64,000 bases of DNA from Felis catus (lineage: Eukaryota): NCBI RefSeq assembly GCF_018350175.1, contig NC_058368.1, positions 230,456,001-230,520,000 of the forward strand. Reading direction: 5' to 3'. Below are positions 1-14,445 of this stretch, piece after piece. Every line of letters begins with the position of its first letter. Within the stretch, counting starts at the first letter, position 1. A program made the translations under genes and the position numbers. The notes beneath the pieces were generated by a model that made no database searches, was not told the origin of the DNA, and saw only the letters and a program-made list of their open reading frames with translations.

Positions 1-1634
1 CAAAATTATTTAATTTTTTAAACATTAATAGGGAATATAAAACAACTATATCCATTTTTATTGTGTAAACGAACACCACTGAAAAATAACAGTTAATTAA
101 AAATTTACTAAAATCACCAAGCCCGAGGTTCCTCTTTGTAGTCAGCTTTTGGTAAACCATTCCTCAGACGTGGTGAGTTGATTGCTTATAAATATCTGAA
201 GCGAGAGGAGGTACTATATATTATAATTCTGCAGTCCATTATTTAAATTTACTTTGCGTTTCAGGTCCAGCTTAGTTTCTCTTAGAACTAAACCAGAAGC
301 CCAAAGATATATCTACTTTGCTTAAAACCAAGCAGATCCTTGAGAGGTATGGAAATGTCTGTGCAGGTCCTCAGCTGTTTGAGGATCTTACCACCAATAG
401 GTTAAAAAAAAAGGCTACTTACTCCAACCTCTTCCTCCTTCTCCCAGCTAATTCCAAATTCCTTCCATTTCATTTGCAGGGTGGGTGAGCAATCTCTTAT
501 TGCCAAGAACAACTATAACCCATCCTTGAGGGTCTTGCTATCCTCAAAGCAACTTTTCATAGTATTTCTCTAAATGAAGATAGGAACCCCCAAGAGGAAT
601 TCTATTCTCTGTTAAAGTACTATTTAACCCACTATACATCATCATCATTATCATTCTACAAAAACTGTCCTGAGCTTGCAAACACTGCTGTAATTGGATA
701 TGTTCTAAATTATTCATTGATGTTGATGTCATTTTAATGATAATAGCTGATTCCTTGGTAAATATAGTTTATTCTCAATAAATGCAGAGAATATCAAGAG
801 TAACAAATTCATTAAGTGGCAAGGCCCCATTTTTTTTTACAATGGGTGATATTGCGTTACCTGCATTTTTCTTTTCTTTAATTTAATTGCTCATCCATTT
901 GCTTCCTGATTTACAAGGCTTATATATAGTCTGCCTTGTAATGAGAGGACAAGGGGGAAAACCATTGCATCCTACTCTTTATGATTTTTATATACTTTTG
1001 GTTCTAGAGTTTAAATTGTAAAAACACTTTAAAACAGTGGGTTATTGCATGGCAGAGGTGTGGAGGCTGTCTTCACTCTCCCTGATACACACTGGGTGAG
1101 CTTCACTGATTCTGTGCAAACACATCCCAACTTTCATCCTCAAGAGACTGTGTCAGGCTGAAGAATGCCCGCTCTCTAAACAACCTGAAAGGACAGGCAG
1201 AGGGCATAGTTTTGCTTTGTTTGATGAGGTGATCTTTTTATTTCTCCTGCTGTGGGGTTCATCAGCATCCATCTTCCTTACTTCTTGTAGACTGATCTCT
1301 CAGTCTAGATCCCTGAAGTTTACAGCAAAGCATAAAAATAAATAAGAGCTATTATCATAGGAACAATTGACCAACGTGGGCCATCTAGCAGAGAATCATT
1401 TAAGAAACGAATTTAAGATGGTCTACTCAGGTTATGTATCAAAAGGCCTTTCCGGTCATTCTTTGACTCTATTAAGTTCAGGAAAGTAGCAGATAGGAAA
1501 TTTATTCCAGGTCTAACTCGAGCTATTGCTTTCCCTTTATGTATTTCAACATTGTTGGTTTTTATTCAGTTATTTGTATTAACGTAAGTAAATCTGAATC
1601 ACGGGTCAGCCTTGCAAGAGAAGGAAACACAATG

Positions 1635-2510
1635 AAATACCACCACAGTCTATTAGAATGGCCAAAAGCCAAGAAACTGACGATACCAAATGCTGACAAG
1701 GATGTGGAACAAGAATTCTCATTCGTTTCTAGTAGGATGCAAAATGGTACGGCCACTTTGGAAGACAGTTTATCAGTTTCTTACAAAACTAAACATACTC
1801 CTAGTAGATGACCCAGCAATTTTGCTCCTTGGGGTTCACCCAAAGGATTTGAAAAGTTATGTCTACACAATAACATGCAAATGATTGTGTATATCAGCTT
1901 CGTTCATAATTGCCAACACTTGGAAGCAACCATGATGTCCTGTAGCAGGTGAGTGGATATATAAAGTGTGGTACATCCACACAATGGGGTATTATTCAAC
2001 ACTAAAAAGAAAGGAGCTGTCAAGCCATGAAAAGACATGAGAACAATCTTAAATGTGTATTACTGGCTGTAAGAAGCCAATCTGTAAAGGCTAGATACCA
2101 AACGATACTAAAGCTGTGATATTTTAGAAAAGGCCAAGCCATGGAGAAAATTAAAAAACAGTCAGTGGTTTCGGGGGTTAGGGTAAGGAAGGAAGGAATT
2201 GGTGGAGCACAGAGCACTTTAGGGCAGTGAAATCATTCTGGATGATACTGTAATGGTGGTTACATGTCATTATACATTTGTCAAGACCCACAGAATGTAC
2301 AGCGCCTACAACACCGAGAGGGAACTGTAATATAAACCATTGGCTTCAGGTGATTGTGATGTGTCGGTGTAGGGTCATCTTTGCTACTCAGTACGTTTTA
2401 CAATGGGGAAGCCTGTGTATGTGTGGGGGCAGGTGGCACATGGGAACTCTCTGTACTTACTGCTCAGTTTTACTCTGAGTCCAAAATTGCTCTAAAAATA
2501 ATGTCTATTC
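1635..2510 (+). mobile_element. Old LINE-1 3' fragment (L1MC-like)
   Basis: Degenerate ORF2 end and 3' UTR motifs (aaggatgtggaacaa, gacccagcaatt, ggtacatccacacaatgg, gggaactctctgtactt, aaaattgctctaaaaat). Confidence 0.8.
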
Positions 2511-4642
2511 TATATTAGCAAAAATAAGAGGGAGAAGGAAGCTACCATGTGACGACCTGGCGCACGATTCTTCCATTCATCTGATAAATAGTTCCTAACT
2601 TCCTTCCATGTGGCAGAGGTTCTTCTTGTGCATTGTATTTTATTCTATTTTACATATATCAGATACGTATGATATGGTATGACATTTTATGAGCCCTATT
2701 TTAGTAAATATTAAATGTAGACTTTGGAAGAATTCTCCATGAGGATGATGGAGTGAGAAAGGGGAGACAGTGAACTGGCCTGGAATGACAGTGGGGGGGG
2801 GGGGGCAGAACAAAGGCCTCTGCCTGCTGGGTGTGGAGTGCCCAGTGGGGAGCATACATGGAAAAGAGATTGCTGGCCATTTAGTGGGAGAGGAAATACA
2901 AGTGTCATTTCGAAGAGGAGAGTTCCCCCCCCCCCATCATTTTTTCAAAGGGAACTTGTACTTTATTAGTGTTTATCTGGAGTCTCATAAGAATTTAAGG
3001 TTGGGTACAAGCAGAAACAAGAAGAATCGGATGCCAGGAGAAGTTGATGGGAGGCAGGATACAGGGGAAGGACAAAGCAGGGGGGAAGTGTAGAGAACAG
3101 CACCCGGACCCATCCACAGCGATCCACAGCACCCAGAAGTCCTGCCACGGATAGAGACCCTTCAAGAGAACTCAAAGTCCACCTCTCGCTTCCTTCCTGG
3201 TCCTTTGGGATGTGGGAGACAACAGGAGGAGGCAGAGCCAAGGGCCTGACCATCACATTTCATGTGTGTGAGCTCAGTTCTGACTAATGTTTGACTTCAG
3301 GATTCCAAAATTCTTAGATAAAATTCAACACAAGAAAACAAGAGCTTTTTATGTGTACCATCTGGTGACCGCCCCCCCCCGGCCCCCCGCCAAAAAAAAA
3401 TAAGAGCAAAAGAAAAAGCTTATCATCGCATTTGTGTTTCTCTAAGTAGATGAAAATAAAACTTAAGACTTCATTATAAATTTAGAACTATGGCATTAAT
3501 TAGGGCCACACCGAAAACATTGTGTTCGCATGGAACCATTAAGCATTGATATTGCATTTGTTTTGAATTCTTTTTCCTTTTTAATGCTTTGGAATAATAT
3601 TTGAATAGCTTAGTTCACTAAGTTGTATGAATGGGAAATATGTTAAAAATTAAAATACTAATTATACAATATAGCTAAAATATAGAGATAGATTTACTAC
3701 ACCAACTGCTTTTAATTATAACCAGTCAATTGTAGAAATGGTTTTATTAACTCTTTTTTAATGGTTTCATCATTATTAAGATCATTAAACCCAAATAATT
3801 TTAAAGTAAAGCACACACATGCAAATAAACACACATACAGAAAACAGTACTTATAGTTTAAACTTTTGTACAAATGGAATATCCTTTCTGAAATATTATG
3901 ATACAGTGGGTGTGGCTGTCACCCAGATGCATGTACGGGACATGGTCACAGTGATTACAAACTTTATCTCTCTTGAGTGGGCACCAAGCAAGCACTGGTA
4001 AAACCGTACACCAGGGGAAAGTTGTTTGCTGCTTCCTTCTCGCATTTTTAGTGGACCCACTGACATGCTTGGCCACTTCCCCTGGGTTCTACCTACTACC
4101 ACCAGCTGTGCAGGAACGTCACAGAAGCTAATGCCCTCCCTAACAGCCCTGTCCCATGTCCTTCCCTCTTCTGTCCCTGGTCCTGCTCTGCCGAGACATG
4201 ACATACGTGAAACACCATATTCGTTTCCCAGATTAGGGACTTTGAGGCCAGGAGTTCTGGGAGAATTGCAGCTTTTCCTGTTTTCGTTTTGTTGGTGGAT
4301 GAAAGTAATTCCTACAGCATATTCGGATTCATCTGATGGCCCACTTCCTGTGAATGATGCATACCCTCATTTTATCTCTAAGCTGGTATAATGAGCTGCA
4401 GTAGCCACTGGAGACATTTGTACACAGAAAGCGTTTTGTTTATTCGCCCCCCCTGAAATGAGGGATATTACTCAGTTTCGAAAAGTCAAGTTCCAACAAA
4501 TCTGAGAAACACTGCTGTCACAGGTAATAGAGTCTCCCTCCTCATTCACTCGACAAATATTTGTTGAGCATCTGCTATGTGCCTGGCACTGCACTTGGGG
4601 TAGGGTAAGAGATCCCTCAGTGAACAAAAACAGACTTGCCCT

Positions 4643-4796
4643 GGGGCACCTGGGTGGCTCAGTTGGTTAAGTGTCCAGCTCTTGATCTCAGCTCAGGTCG
4701 TGATCTCGCAGATAATGAGATCGAGTCCCACATCAGGGTCTGCGCTGGCAGCATGGAACCTGCTTGGGATTCTCTCTCTTCCTCTCTGTCTCTCTG

Positions 4797-4840
<44 letters not shown>

Positions 4841-4853
4841 AAAATAAATAAAC
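4643..4853 (+). mobile_element. Can-SINE (SINEC_Fc-type)
   Basis: ggggcacctgggtggctcagttggttaag head, (CT)n tract, aaaataaa tail. Confidence 0.93.
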
Positions 4854-4860
4854 CAATATT

Positions 4861-5090
4861 GGGGTGCTTGGGTGGCTCAGTCGGTTGACCTTCCGACTTC
4901 GGCTCAGGTCATGATCTCGCGGTTCCTCACTTGAAGCCCCATGTTGGGCTCTGGGCTGACAGCTCAGCGCCTGGAGTCTGCTTCAGATTCTGTGTCTCCC
5001 CCTCTTCTGTCTGCCCTTCCTCAGCTCATGCTCTGTCTCTCTCTGTCTTTCAGAAATAACATTTTTTTTAAAAACCTTAATAAATAAATA
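4861..5090 (+). mobile_element. Can-SINE inserted in the tail of the preceding SINE
   Basis: ggggtgcttgggtggctcagtcgg head, CT-rich region, A-rich tail. Confidence 0.92.
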
Positions 5091-6136
5091 CTGAGAAAGA
5101 AAAGGGAAAAAAAAGCAGACTGGCCCTCCAAGAACCAAGATTCTAGCAGACAGTCCCCGACAAGATACACAATAAAGAAGTTAGAACCTGACAAGGGATA
5201 TGAAGAATTCCGTAACGGATTAAGGGAAAACAAGAACTGGATCGGGGAGGGGTACGGATCAGGGTGCAGTTTTAAATAGTGTGGGTGGAGTAGCTTCACA
5301 AAGAAAGTCACATTTTCACACCTTTGAAAGGGTGGGGGTTCAGCCATGTGCTCGGCACATCTGTGGGATGAATGAGTTTTCTGTGATAAGACAACTGAAT
5401 AGGGAAAGTGCCAAATTATAATGGTTCGTGCCAAACCATAATTTTTCAATCCCCGAGGGACGTTGAATTCAAAAAAAGAAGACAGTCTTACTGAAGGAGC
5501 TGTGTTCTTTTTTCCATATAAATGCAGAAATATTCAAATACAGCTTTGCTAATGAAAACTCCATGAAACAGTCTGTCTGTTAACAAACCCATTTGTTTCC
5601 GTTTTAATTTAAAAATCTTAAACTTAAAGGACAGCGAGAAGACTCATCTAGAAACATACTGCAAGGAGGTTTTTTTTTTTTTTCCATGTACTTATTTTAA
5701 AAAAATCAAAACTATTTTGGCTAACAAGAACATCAGAATTTAATGTGACTTTGTTAATTAATCTAATACCTGAGTTAAGCATGACATGCGTTGGTCTTAG
5801 TGTTCCGACCGGCTCTAATTGTGACTTTCTTACTTTCCCGAGCTTCTTAGATGAGAGTCCTTGTGTCCGTTCTGGTTTCTCATTTACTTCTGGTTCCTTT
5901 GAAATGCTGAGAGAATTTTCCAATTAAGCCTAATTTTAACATTTTGCACATCAATCCCACAGCCCATTAAGACAGAGGTTAAATGTAATTAAGTCTCAGG
6001 AGTGAGAAACATCTTTCGTCCTCCTATCTACTTCATGCAATGAGTATGTGCCATATTTTTATAGAGAAATGTCCACCCATTATGAAGTTACAATCACCTT
6101 TCTTAAAATCTAGAACTCGAAAGGAAGTATGTTTGA

Positions 6137-6568
<432 letters not shown>

Positions 6569-9500
6569 TAACAGCACGCCCACCTCTCAAGATGAAATCA
6601 CCATTATCCAGCATGGTAGCAAAAGTGCTAACCAAGTATGGTTGAGCAGGGCCTCTCAGAGGGCTCACACCGTGGGCAGGTCCCAGTACGCATGTGCGGA
6701 ACAAGGGACTCCACGGATCATCCAATTTCACACACATGGAGTAGCCAAATTAGAGCATTAGAATTCAGGAACCATTACCCTCCTAAAATTCTATGACCAT
6801 ATTTCAGTTCTGTCCCTTGATTTGGAAGTGGTTCAGCATCTTACAATACCTATAGGTCATCAATAAAATGGCATTTAACAAAAATTGATAAAAGGACAAA
6901 ATACGTGAGTGACCATTAGGAAGGTGGATATTCTTGTTTATAACATGGCTAGGAAGAGAGGTCTTAATGTACTTAACAGTTAGTTTATTGAAAAAAAAAA
7001 TGTATGCCTAGTCCACGTTCCCAGGTGATAGGATTACACATTAGGGAATTTTTCGAACGTGAACATGAGAGAAAGCCTTTCTGTGAACGTAGAACTTTTG
7101 AGCTTTGTAAAGTGGAGATCACTAGAGTAGCGCCTCAGAGAGCCACGAGGATTTGAAGAGTGAGAACTTGTAAGCATTTAGCCGTACCTTTCTTGGAATA
7201 CGTGTGAATGCAGTAAAATCCGTGTGAATGCCATCACTCTCATCCCTCACCTCCGAAATGTGCAGTTTTACTTGTTGGAATGCTAACAACAGAAGTGGCC
7301 TCAAGATGGGATTTCGGATTACTCCTCTTGGTGACCCATATTGTTGGCGATATGCCGGTTTGGGTTCATCAAAGTTCCCCTGCAAGCATTTGGCAAACGG
7401 ATTGCAAAGTTGACTCAAGAAAAGGGTCTCTTGATCCTCCGTGATGCTACTGATCTTCCTTCTGTCTTGATTCTAAAACTTCCTTGTAGCTCTGCTCATG
7501 AGGTATATGTGATCTCGTTTATTTAAGAAAATACATTACCCAAGCTGAGAGGCATGAATTTTGGTTCAATGTGAGGTCAAGACTCTCAGCCTCAGCGTAT
7601 TTTCTTAAAGGTACACCCTTCAAGATTATTGTCACGTTTCTTTTGCACTCTTAGCTAAAATAGAACTAGACCCCAGTTCCTTTTTTTGTTTTGTTTTCAT
7701 TTTTTTTGTTTTGTTTTCATTTCTCTAAGTGGAGAATTGTCCTCATGGAAGAATATCGTCTTTAAGTTTACAGTGCTATTAAAATGATGGTTCACACCAA
7801 ACTAATATGGGTCGTTAAAGGTAAAACTATTATTATCAGATAATATGATGTGTAGGACCGTTTGGGGGTAAGTTAACTAATTGAAAATGCGCCTTGCCAT
7901 TATGGTTATGAACCCCCATCCCTACTTTCATATTGAGAGAAAGGACTCAATACGTGTGATGGAAAACATCATGGCGCTTCTGGGCATGAAGGCCGTGCCA
8001 GTGGGAGCACGAGGCCATCAGAACTAAAGCAGCACCTTGTGCTGTGCACATGATGCGCCCGTTTCATGATTTCAAAAGAATTGGATTTTCCTGAAATTTG
8101 GATTTGCCCCAACACAAACCCTCTTTGGTGGCTTATCTCATTGCCAAGGACATTCGGCCACATGCAAAAGGCTGAGGTGATTGATGGCTTAAACCAGAAA
8201 GAAAATGACAGCATACCTCTGTCCCATGACATCGTCCACTGCAACATGCTCCTGCCTCTTCTGATATTGGAAGCCACTCCAAAACACTGCTTCTGACAGA
8301 TGCCGGATGTCTCCCATTTTATGCATCTGGGCAACATGGGAAATTTCTGTGTGAGCCTCGTGTGTAAGCATCAGAGGCAGGTAACCTCTTCAGAATGTCA
8401 AGAAGTTTCCTTTCTTGGCAAAGCTTTGTACCCATTGTCATGTCACGACTCAGTGTTTCTTCATAAGCATGTGCTGGGGGCTGAAACTCAATTCCACTTC
8501 CCCTCCTGAAAGAAATGCTGTCTTCTGTCATGACTCCATCCAAGCCACTGGGGCTGAACAGTTCCGGAAAGACAGTGCTTGCTACTTCAGTAGATACTTT
8601 CTGCCGTTCCGGAGTCACGGACTTATCATGCATGGCTGAACTTCATGCATGAGTTTTACTTTTCCCAAAGAAAAACATGTTGTTAAAACATTTTGATGGG
8701 TTGAAGCCCATGGCTTCTGAGGTTTCCCTGGTAGATACTCTTGAAAAACAATAAGCATCTTGGCAAAGCTACTGCTCTAGAAAGAGAAGTTAGAAGCAAG
8801 CATGTGCAAGAACATTCCAGCGTGGAAGGAATTGCTGCTGTGGGCCAGTCTGTAATAACAAAGCCTTCTGAACCCCCATGCTGGCAGAAATCTGAGGGTG
8901 CCTGGAAACCGGCAAGGTTCTGCTGACTTCTGTTTAGACATAGCATCAATGATGCAGATCCAGCGAGAGCTGATTCTACTGCCTGAACCAAAGTAAAAGG
9001 ATTCAAATGAATATCTCTCAAAGAGCTTTAGAGGTTCATTTTCATCTTCAGCACCATCCCAGCACTCATCTGCCAAGGTGAGCTATGAAAGCTTGGATTC
9101 CGTTGGCTCCTGGGGAACTTTGGGAATCCAGTATTTTAGTACAGCTAACTGATTTAACCTCGAGGACATCAAATCGTCCATTTTTCTTATCTTTCTCTTT
9201 CCACGCCTCCTCTGAGACTCTTGTCTCCCCGCAAGCCTGGCAAATGCTTTGCTACACTAAGCCCACGGTCTCCGTTCATCCTTATTGTTCATTTCTCAGA
9301 TGCTTTGGAATTTCTGCGGCCATCAGGCGTGTGCCAACCCTTGGACATCTGCACATGCGGGGCTGATGTTCAGCAGACCCACACCGGCACGGCCATGCTT
9401 ACGACAAAGCCCACTGTGATGGTTGGAGGCTCTGTTGGGAACTCTCCCACCCATGTAGTGCCGGCTGCTAGATATTAAAAGGGAAGTTTCTGACAAATGT

Positions 9501-9614
9501 GTCCACGTTTTAGAAACTTAATTAGATGAGCACCAAGGCTCATGATGGCCCTGGAGGATGGAGTAATAAAAGCTGCTCTTCACTGCTGCTGTCACATTGT
9601 CACAAGGACCCTCC

Positions 9615-10485
9615 TTTTTTTCTAATATGAAATTTATTGTCAAATTGGTTTCCATACAACACCCAGTGCTCATCCCAACAGGTGCCCTCCTCAATGCCCA
9701 TCACCCACCCTCCCCTCCTTCCACCCCCATCAACCCTCAGATTGTTCTCAGTCTTTAAGAGTCTCTTACGGTTTGGCTCCCTCCCTCTCTAACTTTTTTC
9801 TTCCTTCCCCTCCCCCCATGGTCTTCTGTTAAGTTTCTCAGGATCCATAAGAGTGAAAACATATGGTATCTGTCTTTCTCTGGATGACTTATTTCACTTA
9901 GCATCACACTCTCCAGTTCCATCCACGTTGCTACAAAAGGCCAGACTTCATTCTTTCTCATTGCCACATAGTATTCCATTGTGTATATAAGCCACAATTT
10001 CTTTATCTATTCATCAGTTGATGGACATTTAGACTCTTTCCATAATTTGGCTATTGTTGAAAGTGCTGTTATAAACATTGGGGTACAAGTGCCCCTATGC
10101 ATCAGCACTCCTGTATCCCTTGGGTAAATTCCTAGCAGTGCTATTGCTGGATCATAGGGTAGATCTATTTTTAATTTTTGAGGAACCTCCACACTTTTCC
10201 AGAGCGGCTGCACCAGTTTGCATTCCCACCAACAGTGCAAGAGGGTTCCCGTTTCTCCACATCCTCGCCAACATCTATAGTCTCCTGATTTGTTCATTTT
10301 AGCCACTCTGACCGGCGTGAGGTGGTATCTCAGTGTGGTTTTGATTTGTGTTTCCCTGATGAGGAGTGACATGGAGCATCTTTTCGTGTGCCTGTTGGCC
10401 ATCTGGATGTCTTCTTTAGAGAAGTGTCTATTCATGTCTTCTGCCCATTTCTCCACTGGATTATTTGTTTTTCGGGTGTGGAGTT
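9615..10485 (-). mobile_element. Carnivore/feline LINE-1 3' fragment (ORF2 C-terminus plus 3' UTR)
   Basis: The minus-strand ORF at 10007-10456 reads [22 protein letters not shown]...[16 protein letters not shown]...[13 protein letters not shown], the L1 ORF2 C-terminus. T-rich tail at about 9615. Confidence 0.93.
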
Positions 10486-11592
10486 TCCTTAAAGTCTTTT
10501 TGGAATTAAGTTAGATGTGCATACCTGAATTAATAGAATAGTGATTTAAGTAGTGAAGCAACTATGCCCTTTACTTCCATTGTAATTCTTCAGCAGGCCT
10601 AATTCCGAGTCTAAGGAGTAACAACATGGTGCATGATGGATCCCTGCCAGTACAAGGGAGCTTTTTCTCTTGCATTCCTCTCCCTGAATATTAGCCAATG
10701 CATGAAAACCAGTGCGTGTTAGAATACACTGGGAGGGTGAAGTTGCCTTTGAATTCCTCTTTAGATATTTACAAGCTGGGATGTTTTATAAACAAATATT
10801 GGAAAGAACAATGTTGGTGATTTTTTTTAAAAAATAATAAAGCATGTTTCTAAACGAGATTTTTAGATTAGATAGAGCCAAGCCCTATAACCAGAAGGCT
10901 CTAGAGTGCCAAATTATAACCAATAAAAAACTAGAAGAAAGAAATGTTCTTGGAGAGCTTTAAATTATTTACTGAGTATTCCTTGGCAAACTATTTGAAC
11001 AATAATAAAATGTTAAAATTGAGCTATTTACATGCATTTACATTGAACACATAGACATACATACTTTTAAAAAAGCTGCCTGTTTGCACTGCAGTGTCTA
11101 TCCACAGCAGAATATATTCTGCCTCTGCCTATTAGGCCTTGCAATAAATAATTTTCTTCCTATGCAATAATTGCTATGAGATGATCAGAATTTTATTTAA
11201 ATCCAGTTGAAGCTATTATATGCTAGCAATTACTGGAAATATCCAAATAAACTTTGGTTACAAATTCTGCATGTCCTTTGGGCTTGACTAATATAATTTT
11301 TCTCTCTCTAAATATGGATATAATCAACCTACATTTTGAAATGCCCAACTAAAGATTTCAGAATGCTTTACAAATCACGATAAGCCACTTTTTATTAAAC
11401 CATAAAACCTAATAAATAACTTTTATTTCTGTTGAAAGCAAGTGTCCTGAAGAGTTCTGCTTCTCCAAGAGCTGTGTTTTCTTCCATCTTATGTTTCAGA
11501 TACTCAACTAGTCTATCCTGATTTAACTAATGAAAGAGATAAGCCTCAGTTTATTTTACTGACTAGCATTAGGTCCGTTGATTTCAAGCCGC

Positions 11593-12020
11593 GTAGGTTA
11601 GAAGTTGAATTGTGTACACCCCACCCCCAAGTTCATATGTGGAAGCCCTAACCGGTAGCCCTTCAAAATGTGACTCAGATGTAATTAGGATACTAGATTA
11701 GGGTGGTTCCTTAATCTCATATAGCTGGTGTCCTTACGAAGAGAAGAAATTCGGACACGGACACATACAGGGAGGGGTCATGTGAACATAAAGGCAGAGA
11801 TGGGGGAATGCTTTTGCAAGGCAAGGAGCGCCACACAGATGGCCCAAAAACACCAGAACCCAGGAGGGGGGCCCAGAGCAGATTCTCCTCACAGCCTCGG
11901 AAGGAACCAATGCCAGTGACATCTTCATCTTTGACTTCCAGCCTCCAGAACTCTGACCATGTAAGTTTCGGTTGTTTAGTTCACTCGATCTGCGGTGGCA
12001 GCCCTAGGAATCTATTACAG
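11593..12020 (+). mobile_element. MaLR solo LTR (MLT1-type)
   Basis: gttgaattgtgt...ttcatatgtggaagccctaacc...gtccttacgaagagaagaaatt...gacttccagcctccagaact...gcagccctaggaatctattaca. Confidence 0.8.
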
Positions 12021-12177
12021 ACCCAGATCGAGGGAGTTTTTCATCTTTTCCCAGATGTGAGCAAACACATGTGTTGGCCCAGGAAAGAAGACCATGCAAA
12101 TAAATGCAGAACCATGAGGGGGTAATAGTGTTGCCAGGTTTAAAATAAAGAAGACCCTGTTGGCCCCATAATGCATC

Positions 12178-12394
12178 TTTTTTTTTAAATGTTTATTTAT
12201 TTATTTTTGAGAGAGAGAGAGAGAGAGAGAGGAGAAGGGGCAGAGAGAGAGGGAGATAGAGAATCCCAAGCAAGCTCTGCAGCTGTCAGTGCGGAGCCCG
12301 ATGCGGGGCTTGAACCCATGAACCATGAGATCATGACCTGAGCTGAAACCAAGAGTCAGTCACTTGACCAACCGACTGAGTCACCCAGGCACCC
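12178..12394 (-). mobile_element. Can-SINE
   Basis: Reverse-complement SINE with (GA)n tract; target-site duplication (TSD) ataatgcatctttt on both sides. Confidence 0.93.
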
Positions 12395-14329
12395 ATAATG
12401 CATCTTTTTAAAACAATTACTTGTGAAGGATCTGAAGTGGCAAAGATGATAATTTAATGCACTTTAGTATTTTTAATCAAAGTAATGGATCTATATGGTC
12501 AAAAAATGAAATTGCATAAAAATGCTTATAATGAAAACAAGAGTCCCCAGCTGCCTCATCTGTCCTCTGGTTTTGGACACTCGCAGCCTCTCAGAGGCTT
12601 TCAGCCTTAGCCTCTGCTTTGTCTTTTAGTTTTCTCCTGTTTATTCCATGTCTTTAAATAATATGCTTATTTCACTCTATATAATTCAATGATCATAGTC
12701 TTTTCATTACTGACTTTCTAGTATGGTAGAGAAGGATTTTTCACATTTTCACCACTCATGCCTTTTCCTTTCCCATTATTTTTGGTTCCTCGGTACATTC
12801 AGTCAGTAACTTCAAGGTTAAGCCTCTATTTCTTCTGTATAATAAGGACATGGTCTCATCACCCATATTATAAGATAAAAATAATAGTACTCTTCTGTCC
12901 TCACCCTTCTTCACAACCTCTGTCACCATACTTGACTTTGACATTGTCAAGGTTGGATGTATTTGCAATCTATTCTGTCACCATAGTCAGTCTTCCAAGG
13001 TTTTCTATAGCTTGATTCAAGATTAGCCTTTGCATTATGATGGAAGAGCAGATCCATGTGGTACCCAGCCATCACATTTCTTTCCCAATGGGTCCAAAGT
13101 AATGATCCTTGTCCAAGGAGTACATTTCTGGCATCATATCTAACAGATCCTTCATCATCTATAATGCCCACCAACTCAACTTTGTCCATGATTTCTATCA
13201 TCATTAATTCCCTGGTTTTCCAGAGAGCTCATGAACAGAACCCTCTATTTTGGGGGCAGAATTAGATGACTGCTCTCTAGAACTGCTGTATTGCTCTCCA
13301 GGTTTGGAATGTCTATGTCCTAGATCCCAGGCCCTCCTCTTTCTTGGTTCATTCTTTTGTAACTTCCAAATATTAATTAATTAATTAAGGTGCTTAGGTG
13401 ATGAAATTCTGAAAATGTCGCTAAATCCTCATACATGATTGACATTTATTAGATATGGAGGGGTAGAAATTATTTTTCTCAGGAATATTTTCTATGGTGT
13501 AATTTTATCCTTGAGACATAAAAGTCTGTGGTGATGTATCTAGGTATTTGCCTTTTTAAAAATTCACTGATATTAGACATTTTCAGTTTAAAAGGTCATG
13601 ATCTACAGTGCCAGAAAACTATCTTTTATTTTTTTTAAATGTATTCATTTTCTCTATCCTCTTTTTAGGATTATTGACAGTCAGATTTTGGACCTCTTGG
13701 ACTTTTCCTCTCTCTTATATTTGCTTACATAATTTGGAGCCCTTTTTCTTTTTATCATACATGGTGAGAGATCTCTTCAGTATCCCACATTACTCTCAAC
13801 CTACCCATGAGGGAGTTTTTTGCAGGAATATACGGAGATACTATTAGTGGTATTAACAGTGTTCTTATTTCAATCTTAAGAACTCCCCTTTGTGTTTTTT
13901 ATAACCTCTGTACTTATTCTATGAATGTAAACAATTCTGGAATTTTAATCAGGATATTATTTTGAACTAAGGTTTGTTTTCTGTTTATCATGAATCATCT
14001 GACTTTTCTCTGTTGTCATTTCTTTCTATTTGTTTTTATGGGGGTCTTCTCATTGATTTTGCACACTTACTTTAAATGCATAGAGACCAGTTGTTTACCC
14101 ATTTTTTTTTGATGAAAGAAGATGTCACTTTAATAAAGGTTTATACACAGTGTAGTTTCAAGCAATTGAGGACACGGCTATTTCCATATGCTTCTACACA
14201 TAAATTTATAAAACCATGTATTTTAAGGAAAGATGCTACCTGAATGATACAGTGAACTTTGACACAGTGACACAGTGACACAATGACACAGTGAACTACA
14301 CAGTGAACTTTCAAATTATGTAAACAGTC

Positions 14330-14365
14330 CAAGTGCCAATCAACTGATGAACAGGTAAAGATTTG

Positions 14366-14404
<39 letters not shown>

Positions 14405-14445
14405 GGAATATTACTCAACCATAGAAAAACGGTGAATTCTTTGTT
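14330..14445 (+). mobile_element. Short L1 fragment containing a (CA)n microsatellite (about 14368-14402)
   Basis: caagtgccaatcaactgatgaacagg...tggtaca(CA)n atggaatattactcaaccata. Confidence 0.65.

Larger units (their letters stand above)
4545..5420 (-). mobile_element. L2 fragment interrupted by a SINE dimer
   Basis: L2 3' end signature cattcactcgacaaatatttgttgagcatctgctatgtgcc; L2-like sequence resumes after about 5110. Confidence 0.6.

Noticed and set aside
4643..4730. tRNA-like A/B box sequence, also at every SINE head
   Set aside because: This is the tRNA-derived head of Can-SINEs, not a tRNA gene.
7681..7720. Perfect 20-bp tandem duplication of tttttttgttttgttttcat (a similar short duplication lies at about 56446-56482)
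   Set aside because: Ordinary slippage in low-complexity DNA.
9046..9067. REST/RE1-like left half-site TTCAGCACC (also at about 53762)
   Set aside because: The right half (GGACAG) is missing, so it is not a supportable RE1.
9755..10456. ORFs resembling a real protein
   Set aside because: Decayed L1 ORF2 C-terminus from a 5'-truncated element, not a host gene.
12450..14100. T-rich tract possibly from an ancient L1ME/HAL1 element; LTR-like stretches also at about 17130-17500, 35750-36085 and 39790-40330
   Set aside because: Too diverged to assign a family or boundaries by eye; needs RepeatMasker.
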